DNA of 10,800 nucleotides from Candidatus Pacearchaeota archaeon (GCA_016866975.1 VGKP01000021.1:1-10800), one strand, 5' to 3'; positions 1 to 7,495 are shown, counted from the stretch's first letter. Notes: generated by a model from the sequence alone, not told the origin. Numbers and translations: made by a program.

Positions 1-6
1 TTCCAT
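1..6 (-). CDS. Possible start of a minus-strand gene running off the left edge (ATG GAA...)
   Basis: CAT at 4-6; a GGAGA Shine-Dalgarno-like motif (reverse complement of 11-15) lies 4 nt upstream. Only two codons are visible. Confidence 0.25.
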
Positions 7-14
7 TATTTCTC

Positions 15-27
15 CGCGCGAAGCGCG
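15..27. repeat. CGCGC-GAA-GCGCG palindrome containing the GCGAAGC mini-hairpin
   Basis: Perfect 5-bp stem (15-19/23-27) with a GAA loop; a GC-rich patch in AT-rich DNA. Confidence 0.6.
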
Positions 28-40
28 TTGTCGCGCTCAC

Positions 41-54
41 GAAAGGTTTATTTA
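41..54 (+). promoter_or_regulatory. Putative archaeal BRE-TATA (GAAAGG-TTTATTTA) with no ORF at the usual distance
   Basis: A purine-rich BRE-like segment precedes TTTATTTA at 47-54. The spacing seen at other promoters here points to about 76-79, the start of the hairpin. Confidence 0.4.
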
Positions 55-73
55 GAGTCAGAAAGTTATCACT

Positions 74-119
74 ATATTGGGTGTACAGTGAGCTAACATC
101 TAGCTCATTGTATCCATAT
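74..119 (+). ncRNA. Candidate small structured RNA or leader hairpin
   Basis: 13-bp core stem 83-95/101-113 (11 Watson-Crick plus 2 G-U pairs, valid only on the + strand), 5-nt loop ACATC, extendable through bulges to about 74/119, followed by a U-rich tract (117-126). Confidence 0.35.
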
Positions 120-151
120 TTTCTTTAGAATCAAAAAAACGATGCGCCACT

Positions 152-167
152 CCAGCCTAAAGGCTGG
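152..167. repeat. Inverted repeat CCAGCC-TAAA-GGCTGG resembling IS200/IS605-family end hairpins
   Basis: Perfect palindrome with a CTAAAG/CTTTAG core; the minus strand reads GAAATCTACCAGCCTTTAGGCTGGAG. No transposase is nearby. The hairpin is certain; the IS origin is tentative. Confidence 0.4.
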
Positions 168-200
168 TAGATTTCTTCTCAATTAAATATTTCTGATAAA

Positions 201-213
201 CATAGTTTTTATA
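201..213 (+). promoter_or_regulatory. BRE-TATA of trxB (CATAG-TTTTTATA)
   Basis: TATA begins 31 nt before ATG 237; near-identical motif and identical spacing upstream of the ATPase (2791). Confidence 0.65.
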
Positions 214-236
214 AAGCAGACTTGTGAGAAAAAGAG

Positions 237-1196
237 ATGAAACCAAAAAGAGAAAAGTATGATTTCTTAATTGTTGGTGCGGGTGTGACTGGCCTTGCTG
301 CCGCCATGTATGGGGCAAGATTAGGATTGAAGACGCTATGCTTGGGAACAACACATAGTAGTGAGATGGCCATAGGGGGAGTGATTACCACTACAAATAT
401 CGTCGAGAATTATCCAGGATTTATCAGGTTAAGCGGACCTGAACTTGCTGAAGAAATAAGAAAACATGCAGAATCTTATGAACTTGTGACATTGATGGAA
501 GAGAAGGTACAGAAGATAAAAAAGAATGAAGATAAATTCGAAGTAACCACTGACAAAAATAGTTTTGAGGCTAAAACGATCTTGTTTGCCACAGGGACAA
601 AATGGAAAAAACTGCCTCCAGAAGTAAGAGGTGGGCAAGATTTTGAGAACAAAGGAGTTAATTATTGTGCATTATGCGATGCTCCTCTTTATAGAAATAA
701 AGTAGTTTGTGTAATTGGAGGGAGCGATACAGCTGCGAAAGATGCCTTGGTGCTTGCGGAGCATGCTAAGAAAGTCTATATCATTTATAGAGGGGAGAAA
801 ATAAGAGCGGAACCCATAAACCAGAAAATAGTGGAAAGCAATCAAAAAATAGAAATAATAAATAAAGCGAATGTTCTTGAAGTCAAAGGAAAGCAATTTG
901 TTGAATCCGTGGTGCTTGACAGAGAATATGGTGGAAGCATGAATTTGCCTCTCAATGGGGTTTTTGTCGCGATAGGCCATATAGTATTGAGCGACCTGGC
1001 CAAAACATTAGGAGTCAAGTTAAATGAGAAGGGAGAGATAATCATAGACCATAAAACCTCTGAGACAAATATTTCAGGAGTCTTTGCCGCCGGAGATGTT
1101 GCTGACAAACCATTCAAGCAAGCCATAACAGGAGTTGCTGAGGGATGTACTGCGGCATATAGCGCATTTGAATACCTTAGTAAAAATGCTCATTAA
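237..1196 (+). CDS. trxB: Thioredoxin-disulfide reductase (FAD-dependent, low-MW type), 319 aa
   Basis: FAD motif IVGAGVTGLAAA, VENYPGF, ATG motif, redox-active CALCD (C144/C147), pyridine-nucleotide loop VIGGSDTA, C-terminal GVFAAGDV. Confidence 0.95.
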   Translation: MKPKREKYDFLIVGAGVTGLAAAMYGARLGLKTLCLGTTHSSEMAIGGVITTTNIVENYPGFIRLSGPELAEEIRKHAESYELVTLMEEKVQKIKKNEDKFEVTTDKNSFEAKTILFATGTKWKKLPPEVRGGQDFENKGVNYCALCDAPLYRNKVVCVIGGSDTAAKDALVLAEHAKKVYIIYRGEKIRAEPINQKIVESNQKIEIINKANVLEVKGKQFVESVVLDREYGGSMNLPLNGVFVAIGHIVLSDLAKTLGVKLNEKGEIIIDHKTSETNISGVFAAGDVADKPFKQAITGVAEGCTAAYSAFEYLSKNAH

Positions 1197-1197
1197 G

Positions 1198-1205
1198 TTT
1201 TTAAA
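1198..1205 (+). promoter_or_regulatory. TATA box of the pilin operon (TTTTTAAA)
   Basis: 29 nt upstream of ATG 1227, directly after the trxB stop; the T-run may also act as the trxB terminator. Confidence 0.55.
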
Positions 1206-1226
1206 GAACAAAGCCCAAGATGGTAG

Positions 1227-1724
1227 ATGGAAAAAAGAGGAATATCTCCAGTTATCGCTACAGTCATTCTTGTTCTAATTACCATAATAATCGCAGTGAT
1301 AATATTGCTGTGGGCCAGAGGATATATTGGAGAAAGCATTGAAAAGAGCTTTGGTGGAAAGACCGAACCGATAGAGAGGTTCTGCGGGGAACTAGATTTT
1401 GTAGCTGACATCGTAGTTAATCCTTCAAATGACAAGAGTCTTCTTATAGATGTTACAAATCGGAAGGATGTGCCAATATATGGATTTGAAGTCAAGAAAG
1501 TAATGTCTTCCTCAAAGACTAAAGTTGCGCCTTTGGCGATAGCTTCTGATTTTGCAGTCACCAGTGGAGAGACAGAAAGAATAACTGTATCCAGCGAACA
1601 GAGATTCTCACCAGGTAATGAATTTTCATTGGCGCCGGCACTCCTTGGAGAAGTAGAGTCTGGATCATATAAGAAATTCTATATCTGCGATGACAAGTAC
1701 GGCGTTCAGGAGAGGGCAACATGA
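1227..1724 (+). CDS. Archaeal type IV pilin-like protein 1 (class III signal peptide), 165 aa
   Basis: MEKRG|ISPVIATVILVLITIIIAVIILLW: basic residues, Gly cleavage site, hydrophobic helix of the archaeal pilin N-terminal type; 2 Cys; ATGA overlap with the next gene. Confidence 0.9.
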   Translation: MEKRGISPVIATVILVLITIIIAVIILLWARGYIGESIEKSFGGKTEPIERFCGELDFVADIVVNPSNDKSLLIDVTNRKDVPIYGFEVKKVMSSSKTKVAPLAIASDFAVTSGETERITVSSEQRFSPGNEFSLAPALLGEVESGSYKKFYICDDKYGVQERAT

Positions 1725-2254
1725 AAGGAAAGAAAGGAATCTCAGCAATAGTTGCTACAATGTTATTGGTGGTCCTTACTCTTGCTCTTGCAGTCATGGT
1801 AGCCACTGTAGCAATACCATTTGTCAGAGATAGCTTAAGAAGCAGCACTGAATGCTCGCCCTATAAAAACTATTACACTTTTGATTCTTCTTTCAACCTG
1901 AATTGTTTTGACCTGTCTGTAGCAAAAATATCTATCAAGACTGCACAGATAAATCCAGATGTTGCAAAGAAGGTGAAAGGAATACAATTTGTATTTACAA
2001 CAGAAGGAGGATTGAGTGAAAGTGTCAAGTTCATTGAGAATACTCCAGGATCATGCTCTGCAGGAGATATAATAGGGTATGAAGCCACTTGTCCTGCCAG
2101 TGATACTTTAAAATTACCTAAGCTCGGAGAATCTCGCTCTTATAAGTACTTTCCTAAGAATAGAATACAGGGATATGTTTCAGTCTTTCCGATATTAGAT
2201 AATGAAAGAACTTGCGAAGCAAGCGATAGAATAAAATTGGTGTCTTGCACATGA
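1721..2254 (+). CDS. Archaeal type IV pilin-like protein 2 (class III signal peptide), 177 aa
   Basis: MKGKKG|ISAIVATMLLVVLTLALAVMV; 6 Cys in the exported domain; ATGA overlaps at both ends. Confidence 0.9.
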   Translation: MKGKKGISAIVATMLLVVLTLALAVMVATVAIPFVRDSLRSSTECSPYKNYYTFDSSFNLNCFDLSVAKISIKTAQINPDVAKKVKGIQFVFTTEGGLSESVKFIENTPGSCSAGDIIGYEATCPASDTLKLPKLGESRSYKYFPKNRIQGYVSVFPILDNERTCEASDRIKLVSCT

Positions 2255-2766
2255 GAAGAAATGGACAGGTATGGATTGAAACTGTAATATACACCCTTAT
2301 TGGCTTGACATTGATTGCCATGACCCTTGGATATCTAATGCCTAAGATAAATCAGTCAAATGACAGAGCAGCTGTTGAGCAGAGTATTGAGGCATTAAAT
2401 CTCCTAGACCGGAAAGTAGTTGAAGTCGGAACCAATGCTGCCGGAAGCTCCAGAGTCATACCGGAGTTCCTAATAAAGAAAGGTTATCTTACTGTGAAGG
2501 CTGACACAAACGACATAATCTTCACTATCGAAGACTTGGGAGTAGAATATTCCGAGCCTGGAGTCTCGATAAAAAGAGGAAGAATAGAAGTGAAAACTGA
2601 AACTAATAAAGATAAGTTCAAGACGACCCTCAGGGTACATTATGATGCTGACATTACATATTCTGGCACACAGAGTTCAAAAAGATTCAATCCTGCGGCA
2701 ACCCCTTATCAATTCTCAATTACAAATGTAAATAACCTTAATATAGATATCAAAGAGATATCCTGA
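2251..2766 (+). CDS. Pilin-like protein 3 (GQxxxE-type class III signal), 171 aa
   Basis: MRRNG|QVWIETVIYTLIGLTLIAMTLGYL with Gln+1 and Glu+5. Start moved from the track's TTG 2245 to ATG 2251, which gives an ATGA overlap. Confidence 0.85.
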   Translation: MRRNGQVWIETVIYTLIGLTLIAMTLGYLMPKINQSNDRAAVEQSIEALNLLDRKVVEVGTNAAGSSRVIPEFLIKKGYLTVKADTNDIIFTIEDLGVEYSEPGVSIKRGRIEVKTETNKDKFKTTLRVHYDADITYSGTQSSKRFNPAATPYQFSITNVNNLNIDIKEIS

Positions 2767-2790
2767 ACCCTGCAAATTTTGTTACTTAAC

Positions 2791-2803
2791 CATAGTTTTA
2801 AAT
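2791..2803 (+). promoter_or_regulatory. BRE-TATA of the ATPase (CATAG-TTTTAAAT)
   Basis: TATA 31 nt before ATG 2827; same CATAG element at the same 36-nt offset as at trxB. Confidence 0.65.
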
Positions 2804-2826
2804 AAGCAAATAACTTTTGGATTTTT

Positions 2827-5800
2827 ATGGTGAGCTTTATCGATTTTAGTCCGACAGTCCCTCCACTGCCAAGGATAGAAGACAAGAAAAAGATAAACGT
2901 TAGATATATGCTAGCCCCTCCATATACTTCTGCGCATATATACTGGGATTCAAAGATAAATGAACTTGTATATGAAATAGAGGAGCCGTTATTACATGAC
3001 TACGAACATGAAGCACTTAAGAAATTGGAAAGTGCAATGCTTGAACTAATAAATATAAATGTAGCTGTAGATAAGACATTAGATGCTGCATCTGAATACA
3101 TAGACAAGACTGCCCGCCTACTTATCGATGAACTCAACATGAAAGTTACTAACGAGTCATATCATAAGATATTTTATTACTTATTCCGAGATTTCATAGG
3201 CTTGAATGATCTCGACCCTCTACTTAGAGATTACTTCATAGAAGATGTAGAATGTAACGGAGTAGATACTCCTGTTTATGTTGTGCACAGAGTATATAGG
3301 AATCTTAGGACCAATCTAAGGTACCACGATGTTGAAGAGATAGCCAGTTTTGTAGAGAAACTTGCTCAGAGGACTGGTAGGTACGTTTCTTATGCACAGC
3401 CATTGCTTGATGGAGCTTTACCTGATGGAAGCAGAGTAAATGCTACGTATACCAAAGACGTGACCTCTAGAGGGCCCACTTTCTGTCTAAAAAAGGGGCT
3501 TGTGCAATTAAATGATGGGAACGTGAAAGATATAAGCAAGTTATTTGAAGATTCTAAGAAAATATTTGGTTCCAAAATAGAAGAAGGAAATGAAATTGTA
3601 GAGCCTATAAACTTGAGATGTTGTGGAGTCGAAGCAGAAAATTTAGAGCAAAAAAACTCTAGAATTAAGAGCATTATTAAGGTAAAATCTCCAGAAAAAC
3701 TTGTGAAAGTGACCTTTGAAGATGGTGGTGAAGCAGAAGTCACACTTGATCACCAGTTTCATGTAGCTGATGATAAATTACATACTTTAGAGGCGCGAGA
3801 ACTTAAACCTGGAATGCTCGTGCCTATGCCTGCAAGGATAAAGGCAGAAGGATATCGGCAAAAAGTTGATGTGTATTCGCTACTAAAAGATTTTTCTTAC
3901 CATAAAAATATTTCCATCATTAGTTCACAACCTATCCTTCAGTTGGTGCAGCAGGTGGTCCGATCTGTTGCATCATCAGAGGATCATGGAAAATATCGAC
4001 AACTTCTTGCTCAAACCTATGGTGTGGGCCCTTCTTACTTTTATGAGATCCTCAGCAGGGGAAATTCTCTCTCCTTCAATGTGCTTGATCATCTCTGTAA
4101 AAATCAATCCTTTGATTTCTCAAATCTAGGGGCGATCTCACTCAATGTTTACGGAGGAGGGACAAAAGAAAAAAGTAAGACTATTAAAGTTCCTTTTGAA
4201 ATAGACGAGACTCTTGCCTATCTTGCAGGAATTATCGCGAGCGATGGTCATTTGTCTCCTAACAGCATTGATATCTGCACTTTTGAAGAAGGCCTTCGCA
4301 ATAAAGTACAAGAAGCTCTTCAGACCACATTTGGAAAATACGAGACATATTATGGAGGGAATCGTGTCTATCTATGCAATTCCTTTGTTCCCTTCTTCTT
4401 CCAAAGAGTATTTGATATTCCTTATGGTAAGAAGGCACATTCTATCGCTGTGCCGCAGATTATCTTTAAATCAGACCATGCAACAGTTAGTGCATTTCTT
4501 CGCGGTCTCTTTGATGGCGATGGAACTATGAGCGCAGGCCTGAGCTATAAAACGTCTTCGGAAAAACTTGCTGAAGGCATCTCATATTTGCTCGCCCGTT
4601 TAAGCATATACTCCTATATAAGAAAAGAATCTGGCGAGTATCGTCTCAATATTCCTTCCCCGTATTATCAATCTTTTGCAGATCAGATTGGATTTTATTC
4701 TCCTCGTAAAAAAGAACGCCTTGCGCACTTACTTTCAAAACAAATTTCACATAAGACCTTCATCAGGCATCAACGAGTTCCCGCGGCGCCCTTTCTTGCT
4801 ATTATCCGCAAAATAGGAATTATTCAAAAAAAATTGCTTCGCGAGTGCAATGTGAGTTTTAATAGAATCTACTATCCTACTTTTTCACGAGAATTTGCCC
4901 AGGCTCTTCTTTCTTCATTTGAAAAACATCCCAGGATACAAGAAGTAGAACCGGAATTAAAAGAAATCAGAAAGATGATTGGGCAGCCCTGTGAGTTTAT
5001 ACCTATCAAAGAAGTTGCGGTTGTAGAAAACAAAGATCCCGTATATGATATTGAACTCGAGCCGTGCACATATTATATCGCTGGTAATAAGCCCATGCAT
5101 ATGTTTGACACCATTCGTAAATTTACAAAAATACCTTGGACGCCAACCCAACTCATTACATTGAATACTGTCAGTCCTGAGATGTTAGCTTATTTCTGGA
5201 TACTTATACAGTATAAGACAAGCATATTGATTGCTGGAGGCACTGCATCTGGAAAAACGACACTTCTGAACGCCATGGCTTTCTTTATTCCTCCAGAGGC
5301 GAGAGTGGTATCAATTGAGGATACTAGAGAAATAAATCTCCCCAGGGAGAATTGGTTGCCAGCAGTATCTAGAACATCCATAGGAGTAGGGAAGGTCGGA
5401 GAAGTAGACCTCTTCGCTATATTGAAGAACTCTTTTCGTCAGACGCCTGACTACCTGATAGTGGGAGAAGTCAGAGGAAAAGAAGCATTCGTACTATTCC
5501 AGGGAATGGCTTCTGGCCATGCGGCAATAAGCACAATGCACGCAGACTCGGTAGACACTTTGATAAGAAGACTTCAGACCCCTCCAATAGAATTGTCACC
5601 TACCCTTGTAAACTCACTTGATTGCGTTGCTGTGATGTCTCATGCTATAGTGGATAAGCATGAGACGCGTCGTCTGAGAGAAGTTGTGGAGATTGTTAAT
5701 GTTAACAGAGATGGCACTGCCATGGTTAACTCTCCAATGAAATGGGATCCTGCAAAAGATGTGTTCTTTTTCAAGAAGCAGAGCAAAGTCTTTGAAAAGA

Positions 5801-5979
5801 TCTCAAACAGACACGGAATACCTGTCGAGAAACTTGAAAAAGAATTTGCGACCAGAGCCAAGCTCATGTATGCCCTTTACCAGCAGAAAGTCTTTAGGTT
5901 TGAAGAGGTCCAGAAAGTAATAAATGACTATTACAAGAATCCTGTAGAGGTCCTGAATACATATAATATCGTTGAATAG
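2827..5979 (+). CDS. Type IV pilus/secretion ATPase (TadA/VirB11/FlaI family); 1050-aa precursor with intein, about 508 aa if spliced
   Basis: N-domain LLDGALPDGSRVNA, junction motif GPTF|TIRKF, Walker A GGTASGKTT (5236-5262), Asp box SIEDTRE, Walker B DYLIVGEVRG, His box GHAAISTMHA. Confidence 0.93.
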   Translation: MVSFIDFSPTVPPLPRIEDKKKINVRYMLAPPYTSAHIYWDSKINELVYEIEEPLLHDYEHEALKKLESAMLELININVAVDKTLDAASEYIDKTARLLIDELNMKVTNESYHKIFYYLFRDFIGLNDLDPLLRDYFIEDVECNGVDTPVYVVHRVYRNLRTNLRYHDVEEIASFVEKLAQRTGRYVSYAQPLLDGALPDGSRVNATYTKDVTSRGPTFCLKKGLVQLNDGNVKDISKLFEDSKKIFGSKIEEGNEIVEPINLRCCGVEAENLEQKNSRIKSIIKVKSPEKLVKVTFEDGGEAEVTLDHQFHVADDKLHTLEARELKPGMLVPMPARIKAEGYRQKVDVYSLLKDFSYHKNISIISSQPILQLVQQVVRSVASSEDHGKYRQLLAQTYGVGPSYFYEILSRGNSLSFNVLDHLCKNQSFDFSNLGAISLNVYGGGTKEKSKTIKVPFEIDETLAYLAGIIASDGHLSPNSIDICTFEEGLRNKVQEALQTTFGKYETYYGGNRVYLCNSFVPFFFQRVFDIPYGKKAHSIAVPQIIFKSDHATVSAFLRGLFDGDGTMSAGLSYKTSSEKLAEGISYLLARLSIYSYIRKESGEYRLNIPSPYYQSFADQIGFYSPRKKERLAHLLSKQISHKTFIRHQRVPAAPFLAIIRKIGIIQKKLLRECNVSFNRIYYPTFSREFAQALLSSFEKHPRIQEVEPELKEIRKMIGQPCEFIPIKEVAVVENKDPVYDIELEPCTYYIAGNKPMHMFDTIRKFTKIPWTPTQLITLNTVSPEMLAYFWILIQYKTSILIAGGTASGKTTLLNAMAFFIPPEARVVSIEDTREINLPRENWLPAVSRTSIGVGKVGEVDLFAILKNSFRQTPDYLIVGEVRGKEAFVLFQGMASGHAAISTMHADSVDTLIRRLQTPPIELSPTLVNSLDCVAVMSHAIVDKHETRRLREVVEIVNVNRDGTAMVNSPMKWDPAKDVFFFKKQSKVFEKISNRHGIPVEKLEKEFATRAKLMYALYQQKVFRFEEVQKVINDYYKNPVEVLNTYNIVE
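3484..5109 (+). mobile_element. Intein with LAGLIDADG homing endonuclease (C220-D761, 542 aa)
   Basis: Block A CLKKGLVQLNDG (Cys1); block B VTLDH; LAGLIDADG motifs LAYLAGIIASDG (4213-4248) and FLRGLFDGDG (4495-4524); block F VYDIEL; ends MHMFD before Thr+1. Removing it restores GPTFTIRKF. Confidence 0.92.
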
Positions 5980-6002
5980 AACTTCTCTAAGATAGTGAAA
6001 AA

Positions 6003-6010
6003 TATATAAA
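6003..6010 (+). promoter_or_regulatory. TATA box (TATATAAA) for the small ORF-tadC-tadC unit
   Basis: 29 nt upstream of ATG 6032. Confidence 0.55.
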
Positions 6011-6031
6011 TCTCCTTGCTTGATGAGGTGT

Positions 6032-6193
6032 ATGCAAAGAGAGGATATAGTTCTTTTAGCCCAGTTATTAAGCGGTATAAAAGATGCACTTGCGAAGCTG
6101 GAAGATGCTGAAAAAAAGAAAGACGTAGAAAGTCTGAATGAAGCTAAAAAGGAGATTCTGTCTTTCCAAAGCCAGATAGCCCACATATTATGA
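6032..6193 (+). CDS. Small helical hypothetical protein, 53 aa (not in the supplied ORF track)
   Basis: My translation: MQREDIVLLAQLLSGIKDALAKLEDAEKKKDVESLNEAKKEILSFQSQIAHIL*. It fills the gap, has a TATA at -29, ends in an ATGA overlap with the next CDS, and shows amphipathic heptad patterning. Confidence 0.8.
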   Translation: MQREDIVLLAQLLSGIKDALAKLEDAEKKKDVESLNEAKKEILSFQSQIAHIL

Positions 6194-7494
6194 TTGAAGA
6201 GATAATAGCAAATATAGACACTGAAATAGAAATGCTCCGTGAGATATCCACATATTATCGCAAGTTAGACAATAGCAGCCCATCCGAGGCAAAACTTCTT
6301 TATGCATCTATAGACGCCTTGAGTACAAGCATCAAGATACTGAACAACTCCATCCCAAAGATGCTCACTCAAGTATCTGTGGCACAGAAGCTATCTCCAA
6401 GGGAAGGAATAAAATTTGAGAGCATACACTTTAAGATAAGAGACGCTGATGTGGCTGTAACTCTTAACACTGGGGACAGAGAAGTATTTCTATCAAAGCT
6501 AAGCATAAATGAGCAATTATTAAAGAGGCTTAAGAAAAAACAAAAGATAAAAGAGGAGAAATTTGAAGAATTCAAAGCCACGAGAGGATATCTCAAGGTA
6601 TCCAATAGATTCTTCCTGGACACTGCACAGAACCTCATAAAAAAAGGCAACTTTGCACCATTGTCCTTGACTCTAAAGAAAGCGAATATGGATGTTTTGT
6701 TCTCAACTTATATTGCAATGATGCTATTCACTACTTTAATCGCATTCATATTATCTCTATTCTTGGCAGTATTCTTCCTGTTCTTCAATTTTGATTTCAT
6801 GCTTAACTCTTTTCCTCCTATATCGCTAGCTTCTGGAAGCATAATATCAAGGATACCTTATGTAATATTGATGCCGATATTCATACCCTTAATAGTTTTC
6901 TCAATGATATATTACTATCCTTCGAGCGAGAAAGATACGCTTGAGAAGAGAATAGACCAAGAGCTTCCATTCGCAGTCATACACATGAGCGCCATATCAG
7001 GTTCAGGAATAGAACCAAGCGAGATATTCAAGATAATAGCATTGAGCAAGGAATATCCTTTTCTAAGGAAAGAGATAAGGAAAGTCATGAATCAAGTCAA
7101 TCTCTATGGATATGACCTTGTTACCTCACTTACAAATGCTTCAAAAACAACTCCTAGCTCAAAACTAGCCGAACTCTTTTCTGGGCTGTCTACCACAATC
7201 ACATCTGGAGGAGACTTGCAGAACTTCTTTGAAAAAAGATCTGAGACTCTATTGCTTAGTTACCGACTGGAAAGAGAGAAATTCATAAAATTGGCGGAAG
7301 CATTCATGGATATATACATTAGTGTTGTCATAGCCGCACCAATGATAGTAATGATACTGCTTGTCATAATTACTGCATCAGAGGCAGGATCAGGATTCAC
7401 ATCGACTCAGCTTGGTCTTGGCATAGTAGCTATAATAGGTATAATCAACTCATTCTTCCTAATGTTCCTCAAATTTAAACAACCAGGAGATTAA
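6190..7494 (+). CDS. Type IV pilus membrane platform protein 1 (TadC/T2SSF/FlaJ-like) with long soluble N-terminus, 434 aa
   Basis: LKKANM..Y before the first TM pair, T2SSF-like segment IDQELPFAVIHMSAISGSG...LSTTITSGGDLQNFF, then two C-terminal TM helices; lies downstream of the ATPase. Confidence 0.85.
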   Translation: MIEEIIANIDTEIEMLREISTYYRKLDNSSPSEAKLLYASIDALSTSIKILNNSIPKMLTQVSVAQKLSPREGIKFESIHFKIRDADVAVTLNTGDREVFLSKLSINEQLLKRLKKKQKIKEEKFEEFKATRGYLKVSNRFFLDTAQNLIKKGNFAPLSLTLKKANMDVLFSTYIAMMLFTTLIAFILSLFLAVFFLFFNFDFMLNSFPPISLASGSIISRIPYVILMPIFIPLIVFSMIYYYPSSEKDTLEKRIDQELPFAVIHMSAISGSGIEPSEIFKIIALSKEYPFLRKEIRKVMNQVNLYGYDLVTSLTNASKTTPSSKLAELFSGLSTTITSGGDLQNFFEKRSETLLLSYRLEREKFIKLAEAFMDIYISVVIAAPMIVMILLVIITASEAGSGFTSTQLGLGIVAIIGIINSFFLMFLKFKQPGD

Positions 7495-7495
7495 G

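Noticed and set aside
157-2088. Minus-strand ORFs (157-354, 209-391, 429-638, 672-980, 842-1126, 1193-1561, 1558-1848, 1873-2088)
   Set aside because: Antisense shadows of well-supported + strand genes, with no recognisable motifs.
237-2254. Functional link between trxB and the Cys-rich pilins
   Set aside because: TrxB is a cytoplasmic reductant, the pilins have their own TATA, and only adjacency supports a link.
3390-6186. Alternative-frame and antisense ORFs in the ATPase region (including 4214-4531 + and 5803-6186 -)
   Set aside because: They overlap the motif-rich ATPase/intein; 5803-6186 is the shadow of the ATPase end and the 53-aa ORF.
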